Below, in pieces: positions 54,159 through 64,000 of a stretch of 64,000 nt of DNA. The DNA lies in contig JBFWNV010000009.1 in the NCBI GenBank assembly GCA_050250875.1, positions 45,170 to 109,169 of the forward strand. Direction: 5' to 3'. The stretch is from Vicinamibacterales bacterium. Its GTDB lineage: Bacteria > Acidobacteriota > Vicinamibacteria > Vicinamibacterales > UBA2999. Made by a program: the position numbers and the translations under genes. Position 1 is the stretch's first letter. Each line of letters starts with the position of its first letter. Below the pieces are notes generated by a model. That model saw only the letters and a list, made by a program, of their open reading frames with translations. It did not search any database and had not been told where the DNA came from.

Positions 54159-54482
54159 TTACTGGCCGACGACGTCCTTCGCGGCCTTGCGCACCCGTGC
54201 CCAACGACGGCGGGCGGCGGCGGCCATCTTCTTCCTCGTCGCCGGCGACAGCTCGCGGCGGACGGCCTTGCCGGCCCGCTTCAGTGCGCCCTTGGCGCGC
54301 CGCTTGGCCTTGGCGGTGCCGCCGAACTGCTTCATGACGCTCCTGCGCACGCCCTCGATCTGCTTTTCGACCTCGGCGAGCTGGTGCTGAAGCGCCGACT
54401 TCCTGTTGAGCAGTTCACCCATCGACTTACCGATGAATACGGCGATCTGGTCCGCCACGCTGCTGTCGCCCTTCTTACTCAT
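54159..54482 (-). CDS. small basic hypothetical protein (Lys/Arg-rich, coiled-coil-like)
   Basis: ATG 54482 inside ORF 54159..54581. It is 107 aa ('LQHQLAEVEKQIEGVRR', 'AKAKRRAKGALKRAGKAVRR') with no recognisable family. Confidence 0.45.
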   Translation of the reverse strand: MSKKGDSSVADQIAVFIGKSMGELLNRKSALQHQLAEVEKQIEGVRRSVMKQFGGTAKAKRRAKGALKRAGKAVRRELSPATRKKMAAAARRRWARVRKAAKDVVGQ

Positions 54483-54734
54483 CCCTGACTCCCTGCGGGG
54501 AACAGCTCGCCACGACGCTGGGCGAGCTCGGCACCGGGTCTCTTTCGGTTCGGGGGGGAACCGGTGCCGCCCCGGTGACATTATTCAGGAAATGCCCGCA
54601 GGCGCACAGGGAATTACTCTGCGGGGAGCGTCGAGAGCGTGTCAATTACTGACGGACTCGACCGCGGGTGGTGTGCCTGGTCGGGCGTCCACCGCGGGCC
54701 GAGCCAGGAAGGGGGCGCACGCGACGGGGAGGAC

Positions 54735-54810
54735 TGGAGCCGGCGGTCGGACTTGAACCGACGACCTGCTGATTACGAATCAGCTGCTCTACCAACTGAG
54801 CTACGCCGGC
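54735..54810 (-). tRNA. tRNA-Thr (anticodon CGU)
   Basis: The reverse complement folds as a 76-nt cloverleaf. Acceptor GCCGGCG/CGCCGGC, D-arm GCTC-AGTTGGTA-GAGC, anticodon arm GCTGA-TTCGTAA-TCAGC (CGT), variable loop AGGTC and T-arm GTCGG-TTCAAGT-CCGAC. The discriminator is T and CCA is encoded. Confidence 0.95.
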
Positions 54811-54964
54811 CGGCGTGACGCGTGCCGGGCGCTGGACGCCAAGCACAGACCCTCCACTCTAGCACGAACGCCCTGCCAACCCTGGGCGCGCCAGGGCCGT
54901 CCAAGCGCTGCCGACGTGGGCCACACCGCGTGTCGCGGACGCCCGGACGCGGCCCGGAGCCGCC

Positions 54965-57421
54965 GTGCTCGACGCCCTTCGCGCCGCCGTCCGCCAGGTT
55001 CGCCACCATCCGCGCTTCGCGCTCGTCACGATGCTGGTGCTGGGGCTCGGCACCGGGGCCGCGGCGACGGTCTTCACCGTCGTCGACGCCGTGGTGCTGC
55101 GGCCGCTGCCGTATCGCGACCCCGACCGGCTGGTCACCATCTGGGACACCAACGTCGAGAAGGCCGCCACCCACGACCCTATCTCGCCGGTGAACTTCAT
55201 GGACGTGCGGGCGCTGCCGGTGTTCGTCGACGCGGCGGCGTGGTGGCGCCCCGGCATCAACCTCACCGATCCCGGCCTCGACCCGGCGCGTGTCGCCACC
55301 ATCGAGGTGAGTGGCAACCTGTTCGAACTGCTCGGCGTCGGGCCGCAGGTCGGTGCCGGCTTCCCGGCGGGCGGTCCGCTGTTCGCGCCCGGCGAGCTGG
55401 TCGCCGTCATCAGCGATCGGCTGTGGCGCACGCGCTACGGCGCCGACCCCGGTGTGGTCGGCAGGCCGCTGCTGTTCAACGACGAGCCGTACACCATCGT
55501 CGGCGTGATGCCGCCCGGCTTCCACTACCCCGACGACGTCGACGTCTGGCAGCGGCTGCGCTGGGACATGACGCAGCACAGCCGCGCCGCGCACTTCATG
55601 GAGGCGGTGGCGCGGATGGCGCCCGGGGTCGACCTGGCCGAGGCCCAGGCGGCCGCCGACGCGCTCACCGCGCGGTTCCAGACCGAGTTCGTCGAGACCA
55701 ATCGCGGCTGGGGCACCCGGCTGGTGCCGCAGCTCGACGAGACGCTCGGCTACTACCGCCCGGCGCTGTCGGTGCTGCTCGGCGCCGTGGCGGTGCTGCT
55801 CACCATCGCCTGCCTCAACGTGGCGTCGCTGCTGCTGACGCGCGCCCTGTCCCGCGAGCGTGAGGTGGCGGTCAGAGTCGCGCTGGGCGCGACGCCGCGT
55901 CAGCTGGTGCTCCAGCTCATGGCCGAGGGCCTGGTGCTGGCCGCCGGCGGGGCGGTGGTCGGCCTGGCCCTGACCGCCGCGGGGTTGCCGCTGTTGCGCG
56001 CCTACACGCCGGTCTCGCTGCCGCGGCTCGGCGAGGCCGCCGTCGACGTCCGCACGCTCGGCGTGGCGTTGGCCGTCATCGTCGCTGCCACCGCCTTCTT
56101 CGCGCTGGTACCGGCGTTGGCGTCGCTGCAGCGGCAGCTGACCAGCGAGCTGAAGACCGGCGAGCGGGGCAGCTCGCGTGGCGCCCGGCGCGTGTACTCG
56201 GTGCTGGTCGGGGCCGAACTGGCGCTGGCGTGCGGACTGCTCGTCGGCTCGGCACTGCTCGTCCGCACGGTGCAGCGGATGACCGAGACGTCGACCGGCG
56301 TGGACGCCGGTGACGTCGCCACGACCACGATCCAGGTGCGGCCGGCGGCCGGTCCCCGCGAGACGTTCATCGCGCGCTGGGCGGCCATGGCGGGGCAGCA
56401 GGCCGCCCTCCTCGACGCCGTGCGCAGCGAGCCGGGTGTGCAGGCCGCCGGGGCCGCCAACTTCCTGCCATTCGAGGTCGGCTGGCGCAATCCGTTCCTG
56501 ATCGTCGGCGAGCCGCCACCGCCGCGCCTGGAGGAGGCGCCGCAGGCGCAGTTCCACAGCGTGAGCGACGGCTACTTCCCGGCCATGGGCGCGCGGCTGG
56601 TGCGCGGGCGCGACTTCGCCGCGTTCGACGGGCCGGCGGCTCCAGGGGCGGTCGTCGTCAACGAGACGTTCGCGCGCCGCTACCTGGCATCGCGCGAGCC
56701 GGTGGGCACGTCGCTCACGGTGCTCTCGAGCGCCGTGGGCCCACTCGGTGTCAACCTCAAGTGGGTCGCCGGACAGCACGGCGTGCCCTTCGAGATCGTC
56801 GGCGTCGTCGCCGACATCCGCAACGTCGCCCTGGGCCAGGAGGTCGAGCCGGCGATCTACTTCACGACCCGGCAGTTCCCGTTCTCGGAGGTGGTGATCG
56901 CGGTGCGCGCCGCCGACGCCGGCGCCGGTGCCGCGGCCGTCCGCAACGCGCTGCGCACGGTCGCCCCGGCGATCCCGATGTCCGAGCCGAAGACGTGGGG
57001 CAGCCGCCTGGCCGAGCGCACGGCCGAGGCGCGGGTGCTGCGCAGCGTGCTGCTGCTGTTCGGCGGCCTGGCGGCGCTGCTCGCGGCGGTGGGCGTCTAC
57101 GGCCTGTTCTCATGGGCCGTGCAGATGCGGACGCGCGAACTGGCGATTCGCCTCGCTCTCGGGGCCACGGCGGCCACCGTCGGCGGTTTGGTCGTGCGCC
57201 ACGGCGCCGGCCTGGTCGTGGCCGGCCTCGCCGGCGGCCTGGCCGCGATCCAGCTGCTCGACGGCCTGCTGTCGCGCGTGCTCTACGGCGTGTCGGCGCG
57301 CGACGCGCTCGCCACCGGCGTGGCCTGCGCCGTGCTCGTCGTGGCGGCGCTCGTGGCCACGCTGCCGCCGGCGCTGCGGGCGATGCGGGTCAATCCGGTC
57401 GAGGGATTGAGGGTGGAGTAG
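54965..57421 (+). CDS. duplicated MacB/FtsX-type ABC permease without fused ATPase (ADOP-like orphan permease)
   Basis: The N-terminus 'FALVTMLVLGLGTGAAATVFTVVDAVVLRPLPYRDPDRLV' is characteristic. Two FtsX-like four-helix bundles are each preceded by a large periplasmic domain. 818 aa, with a GTG start at 54965. Confidence 0.9.
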   Translation: MLDALRAAVRQVRHHPRFALVTMLVLGLGTGAAATVFTVVDAVVLRPLPYRDPDRLVTIWDTNVEKAATHDPISPVNFMDVRALPVFVDAAAWWRPGINLTDPGLDPARVATIEVSGNLFELLGVGPQVGAGFPAGGPLFAPGELVAVISDRLWRTRYGADPGVVGRPLLFNDEPYTIVGVMPPGFHYPDDVDVWQRLRWDMTQHSRAAHFMEAVARMAPGVDLAEAQAAADALTARFQTEFVETNRGWGTRLVPQLDETLGYYRPALSVLLGAVAVLLTIACLNVASLLLTRALSREREVAVRVALGATPRQLVLQLMAEGLVLAAGGAVVGLALTAAGLPLLRAYTPVSLPRLGEAAVDVRTLGVALAVIVAATAFFALVPALASLQRQLTSELKTGERGSSRGARRVYSVLVGAELALACGLLVGSALLVRTVQRMTETSTGVDAGDVATTTIQVRPAAGPRETFIARWAAMAGQQAALLDAVRSEPGVQAAGAANFLPFEVGWRNPFLIVGEPPPPRLEEAPQAQFHSVSDGYFPAMGARLVRGRDFAAFDGPAAPGAVVVNETFARRYLASREPVGTSLTVLSSAVGPLGVNLKWVAGQHGVPFEIVGVVADIRNVALGQEVEPAIYFTTRQFPFSEVVIAVRAADAGAGAAAVRNALRTVAPAIPMSEPKTWGSRLAERTAEARVLRSVLLLFGGLAALLAAVGVYGLFSWAVQMRTRELAIRLALGATAATVGGLVVRHGAGLVVAGLAGGLAAIQLLDGLLSRVLYGVSARDALATGVACAVLVVAALVATLPPALRAMRVNPVEGLRVE

Positions 57422-57430
57422 ATAGCGGAA

Positions 57431-57701
57431 TCGGTTGATCGCGTATCGGTTGATCGGTCGATCGATCGGGCGACCTCACGATCTCTGATCGGCTGATCGG
57501 GGCTGATCGATCCTGCGACCGGGTGATCCGGTGGTCTGCTGAGCCGCGGGTTCGACGGTTCGTTGCCGGGCGACGGGCGCAGCCGCCGATGCTCCCGGCG
57601 TCGAGCGCCCTCGATCGGTCGATGCTCCCGTTCATCAGATCACCAGATCATTCGATCGGCAGATCGATCGACCGATCACCAGATCAACCGATCACCAGAT
57701 G
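57431..57701. repeat. GATC-dense imperfect inverted-repeat element in a convergent intergenic region
   Basis: There are 19 GATC sites between 57437 and 57693, 10 in the left arm and 9 in the right, with none in the 84-bp centre. A perfect 17-nt inverted repeat TGATCGGTCGATCGATC lies at 57451-57467 and 57662-57678. Direct sub-repeats are CTGATCGG (57485, 57493) and GATCACCAGATCA (57638, 57674). Confidence 0.85.
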
Positions 57702-57719
57702 TGGGTGTCAGCCATCTGT

Positions 57720-59540
57720 CTATGTCGCCGACACCTCGACGTCCGAATCGCGCCGCCGGCGCTGCGTGACCGGCTGTGCGCCGGCCCACCACGCCGTGCC
57801 GGCGGCGGTGGCGTCGGTGCGCTGCAGCAGAGCCAGCATCTCGTCGGCGGTGATCGGCCGCGAGAACAGGAAGCCCTGGGCCATCGGGCAGCCGAGCGCC
57901 TTGAGGGTGTCGAGCTCGGTCGGCGTTTCCACGCCCTCGGCGACGACGTCGATCCCGAGGATGGCCGCCAGCTCCACGGCGTACTGCACGATGGCGGTGC
58001 TGCCGGCCTGCTGCTGGTTGCCGCCGATGTAGGCGCGGTCGATCTTCAACGTGTGCACGCCGAGGCCGCGGATGTGTTCGGTGGTGGCCAGGCCGAGACC
58101 GAAGTCGTCGAGGGCCACCTTGAACTCGGCGTCGCGCAGCGCGCGGCTCACCTCGACGGCCCGGTCGTAATGCGAGATCGCCTCCATTTCGGCGATCTCG
58201 ACCTCGACGTCGCCGTGGTCGAGGCCGGCCGCGGCGGTCGCGGCGTGGAGCCGGGCGAGGAGATCGGGCTCGAGGAACTGGCGGGCGAGGAGATTGACCG
58301 ACACGCGGACGCCGTGGGCCGGGGCGTGGGCGTCGCGCCACGCGGCCAGCGCCGCGCACGCCGCCGTGACCCCCTCCCAGCCCACCGGCACGATGGTGCC
58401 GGTCTGCTCGAGCAGCGGCACGAAGATGTTCGGCCGCAGCAGGCCGCGCGACGGATGACGCCAGCGGACCAGGGCCTCGGCGCGCACGATCGAACCGTCG
58501 TGCAGGTCGATTACCGGCTGATACCACCACTCGAACTGATGGCCGGTGATGGCCGGCGACAGGTCGGCGGCGAACTCCATGAACTCGGTCAGGCCGGCCC
58601 GCGCCGAGTCGTCGAACAGCTGTGTCTCCGAGGGGCCGCGGGTCTTGGCCCGGACCAGCGCCGAGTAGGCGTCGCGCAGCATGTCGTCGGCGGAATCGTG
58701 GGCGCCGCTGTTGCCCGAGATGCCGATGCTGACCGAGGTGAAGAGCCGTTGGCCGGCCACCGGAAACGGCGCCGCCATGGCGTCGTGGATGCGGGTGGCG
58801 ACCCGCACGGCGTCGCGCACCTCGGTGAGGTTCGAGAGCACGACCGCGCACTCGTCGCCGCCGAGCGGCGGCAGGGCGCCGTCGGGCGCCGGTGCCTCGC
58901 GCTCGCGGCTGGCGCCGAGGCGCGCCACCAGGTCGCCTTCACGCAGGCAGCGCGCGACGCGGCGCAACGCCTCGCGCAGCAGCGTGTCGGCGGTGTCGTG
59001 CCCGAGCAGCTCGTTCATCGCCCCGAAGCGGTCGAGGTCGACGAGCAGCAGCGCGAAACGGGCGGCCGGATCGCGGCGCGCCGCCTGGATCAGCCGGGCG
59101 ACATGGGCGCGCAGCGCCGTCGCACCGGGCAGGCCGGCCAGCGGGTCCCTGGCATTGCGCTCGCTGACGTCGGCCAGCGTGCCGGCGAGCACCGTCGGCC
59201 GGCCGGCGGCGTCGCGGGCGACGACCGCCCGCGCCACCACCCATTTGAAGCCGCCGCTGCGGGTGCGGACGCGGTGCTCGGCGACGAACTCGTCGCTGCC
59301 GCCCCCGACGTGACGGTCGAGGGCCGACATCAGCGCCGCGACGTCGTCGGGGTGCACGCGGCCGAGCCACGAGTGCAGCGAACGCACGTCGTCGGCCGGC
59401 GGTTCGCCCATGATGGCGTGCCAGCCGGCGGAATAGGCGACGCGGTCGGAATCCACGCGCCAGCTCCAGGTGGCCGCGGGGGTCACCGGGGCCATGCCGT
59501 CTTGGCCGCCGTCGCTGGGCATCCGCTGTGTCGCCGGCAC
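57720..59540 (-). CDS. PAS - degenerate GGDEF - EAL signalling protein (probable c-di-GMP phosphodiesterase)
   Basis: PAS-like 'VHPDDVAALMSAL...EHRVRTRSGGFKWV'. The GGDEF domain has 'DPLAGLPG' and 'LLLVDLDRFGAMNE', but the motif reads 'GGDEC' after an inserted 'ASREREAPAPDGALPP'. The EAL domain has 'WWYQPVIDL', 'AEALVRW', 'VNLLARQF', 'EIAE', 'LDDFG' and 'LKIDR'. Confidence 0.9.
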   Translation of the reverse strand: MPATQRMPSDGGQDGMAPVTPAATWSWRVDSDRVAYSAGWHAIMGEPPADDVRSLHSWLGRVHPDDVAALMSALDRHVGGGSDEFVAEHRVRTRSGGFKWVVARAVVARDAAGRPTVLAGTLADVSERNARDPLAGLPGATALRAHVARLIQAARRDPAARFALLLVDLDRFGAMNELLGHDTADTLLREALRRVARCLREGDLVARLGASREREAPAPDGALPPLGGDECAVVLSNLTEVRDAVRVATRIHDAMAAPFPVAGQRLFTSVSIGISGNSGAHDSADDMLRDAYSALVRAKTRGPSETQLFDDSARAGLTEFMEFAADLSPAITGHQFEWWYQPVIDLHDGSIVRAEALVRWRHPSRGLLRPNIFVPLLEQTGTIVPVGWEGVTAACAALAAWRDAHAPAHGVRVSVNLLARQFLEPDLLARLHAATAAAGLDHGDVEVEIAEMEAISHYDRAVEVSRALRDAEFKVALDDFGLGLATTEHIRGLGVHTLKIDRAYIGGNQQQAGSTAIVQYAVELAAILGIDVVAEGVETPTELDTLKALGCPMAQGFLFSRPITADEMLALLQRTDATAAGTAWWAGAQPVTQRRRRDSDVEVSAT

Positions 59541-59655
59541 CGGGCCTCGGCCCAGGGTGCCGCCTCGTCCCCCGGATGGTAGCGCCGCCGCGCTCCGGGG
59601 CCAAGCGCGCCGGCACCGGCGGGCCGGCCCTGACCGGCGGCGACGCGCCGCGGAC

Positions 59656-60060
59656 CTACAGGCTCTGTGCGGGCAGCAGGCTCTCGACGGCGGCCACGAG
59701 GTGATCGACGTCGAGCGGTTTGGCCTCGAAGCCGTCGCAGCCGACGCGCATCGCGAGATTCCGGCGGTCGGTCTGAGTGTTCTCCGACAGGGCCACGACC
59801 AGGATGTGGCGGGTCACCGGGTCGGCCTTGAGCCGTCGGGTGGACTCCCAGCCATCGAGCGTTGGCCGGTCCATGTCCATCAGAATCACGTCGGGACGCT
59901 CGTCGCGGGCCAGCTGAAGCGCCATCCGGCCGCTGTCGGCGACCTGGGCGCGGAAGCCCCGCTGCTGGAGCCGCTGCAGCACCTGCTGTTGCTGGGCATC
60001 CGGCTCGTTCACGACGATGACGGTGCCCCGGTTGCCGACGCTGAAACGCTGGCTGTTCAT
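59656..60060 (-). CDS. stand-alone response-regulator receiver protein (CheY-like)
   Basis: ATG 60060. 'VIVVNEPD', 'DVILMDMDRPTLDGWE', 'VVALS' and 'GFEAKPL' occupy the canonical receiver positions. The first acidic pair is atypical (NE). Confidence 0.8.
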   Translation of the reverse strand: MNSQRFSVGNRGTVIVVNEPDAQQQQVLQRLQQRGFRAQVADSGRMALQLARDERPDVILMDMDRPTLDGWESTRRLKADPVTRHILVVALSENTQTDRRNLAMRVGCDGFEAKPLDVDHLVAAVESLLPAQSL

Positions 60061-60310
60061 GGCCACGACTGCACGACGGGCTTTACAGGAACCGTGCCAT
60101 GCCGGGAGCGGGCCACATTGCACGATATCCGCCCGGCCTTCCGCACCTTGCGCGGGCCATCCGGCCGTCACGGCGGTGACGGGAAGTGGCCGCCTGCCAC
60201 TTTTCTGACGTGGCCGTGCCGCCGCCGGGCACCGGTTTGCCGGCCTGCGCTACCATGGGGAGTTTGGAGCCAGCGCCGCGGGCCGTCCCGGGCGCGCCCG
60301 GTCCTCCGCC

Positions 60311-63207
<2,897 letters not shown>

Positions 63208-63211
<4 letters not shown>

Positions 63212-63885
63212 CCCGGGGTGGCGGCGCGGCGCGACGCCGCGGCCGCGTCCTGCCCGTCGCCTTCTACGCCCGGCCGACGCTGGAGGTCGCCCGCGATCTG
63301 GTCGGCAAGGTGCTGGTGCACCGCGCCGCCGACGGCGTCGCCGCCGGGCGCATCGTCGAGACCGAGGCCTACATCGGCGAGAGCGATCCCGCCTGCCATG
63401 CCTACAAGGGCCGCACGCCGCGCAATGCGCCGCTCTACGGGCCGCCGGGGCTCGCCTACGTCTACGTCAGCTACGGCCTGCACCACCTGCTGAACGCCGT
63501 CACCGAAGGCGACGGGTTCCCGTCGGCGGTGCTGATCCGCGCCGTCGAGCCGCTCGACGGCGTGGCCCGCATGCGGGTGCGGCGCGCCGCGGCGAGTGGT
63601 CGTCCGGCGCCGACCCGCGACCACGACCTGTGTCGCGGGCCCGGCAACCTCACGGTGGCGATGGGCATCGCGACCCCGACGCACAACATGCGGATGCTCA
63701 CCGACGGTCCGCTGACCATCGAGGACGACGGCGCGACGCCGGACGTGGTGTGGACGCCGCGGATCGGCGTCACCCTGGGCGCCGACCGGCTGTGGCGGTG
63801 TGCCGCGCCGGCCAGCCGGGCGGTGTCGGGCGTGCGGGCGTGGCTGACCGCGGGCGCGCGCCGGCCGAGCCGGCATTCGCGGTAG
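63208..63885 (+). CDS. mpg: DNA-3-methyladenine glycosylase (Mpg/AAG family)
   Basis: The GTG overlaps the uvrA stop (GTGA). 'FYARPTLEVARDLVGKVLV', 'IVETEAYIGESDPACHAYKGRTPRNAPLYGPPGLAYVYVSYGLHHLLN' and 'VLIRAVEP'. Confidence 0.9.
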
Positions 63886-63894
63886 CGGCGGTCC

Positions 63895-64000
63895 TCAGCG
63901 ACCGCGGGCGCCGCGGGCTTCCTGCTGCACGGTGACGCGCAGGGTCTGCCGCACGGCGTCGCGCAGCACCTCGAGGCTCATCGTGCTGCCGATCGCGCTG
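63895..64000 (-). CDS. 3' end of an unidentified minus-strand gene that continues beyond the window
   Basis: The reverse frame ending in TGA at 63895-63897 reads '...SAIGSTMSLEVLRDAVRQTLRVTVQQEARGARGR' with strong GC3 bias. It is too short to assign a function. Confidence 0.3.
   Translation of the reverse strand, partial: SAIGSTMSLEVLRDAVRQTLRVTVQQEARGARGR

Noticed and set aside
54646-54846. A 66-aa ORF covering 54735-54810.
   Set aside because: The region folds into a canonical tRNA-Thr cloverleaf, so the ORF is incidental.
54483-54964. Looked for an integrase, direct repeats of the tRNA 3' end, or other genomic-island hallmarks around tRNA-Thr at the edge of the EPS locus.
   Set aside because: No integrase or transposase ORF and no duplicated tRNA fragment were seen in the window, and base composition does not visibly change. 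There is no support for a mobile island.
54773-56779. A 668-aa minus-strand ORF opposite the ADOP-like permease.
   Set aside because: It is a shadow ORF (Arg/Gln/Gly-rich) that would also run through the tRNA-Thr gene.
57390-58032. ORFs 57390..57635 (-) and 57523..58032 (+) with repetitive 'DRS/PDQPI' peptides; a possible CRISPR array was also considered here.
   Set aside because: The peptides are just translations of the GATC-rich DNA repeat. The repeat units are short (8-17 nt), irregularly spaced and arranged as inverted arms without unique spacers, so this is not a CRISPR array or a coding repeat.

Overview
This is a 64-kb window from a very GC-rich bacterium (roughly 70% by eye, with strong GC3 bias and long Arg/Pro-rich shadow ORFs on every antisense frame). 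All product calls come from motif recognition in the supplied translations, because no searches could be run. Several starts were trimmed from the ORF track using in-frame ATG/GTG codons and upstream stops. The core, about 3.8-52 kb, is one large exopolysaccharide/capsule locus of about 48 kb. It contains seven glycosyltransferases (GT61-like, four GT4, GT2 and an orphan GT-B-like protein), a small priming sugar-phosphate transferase and a Wzy/O-antigen-ligase-like membrane protein. Wza-like and Wzc-like export genes and an accessory beta-barrel sit alongside a Wzm/Wzt ABC exporter whose two genes are split by neuB-neuC; neuA lies 8 kb away. Sugar-tailoring genes include a PglF/CapD-type dehydratase, an EvaA-type 2,3-dehydratase, two DegT-type aminotransferases, three SAM methyltransferases, two polysaccharide deacetylases and three acyltransferases. 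There are also an AsnB-type amidotransferase, a CapK/PaaK-type adenylating enzyme and a 2-hydroxyacid dehydrogenase. The most unusual content is a locus-specific family of secreted or lipoprotein-like right-handed beta-helix proteins, with three full copies and one truncated remnant. The largest copy carries a near-identical 792-bp-period tandem duplication. A degenerate kinase-like protein heads the operon that contains the priming transferase. The locus is flanked on both sides by c-di-GMP signalling genes: a hybrid histidine kinase fragment, a GGDEF protein and a REC-HD-GYP protein on the left, and a PAS-GGDEF(degenerate)-EAL protein plus a REC protein on the right. The right end holds tRNA-Thr(CGU), an orphan duplicated MacB/FtsX-type (ADOP-like) permease that hints at an Acidobacteriota-like lineage (inference only), a GATC-dense inverted-repeat element, and housekeeping uvrA-mpg. 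No transposase, integrase, CRISPR array or rRNA was seen.
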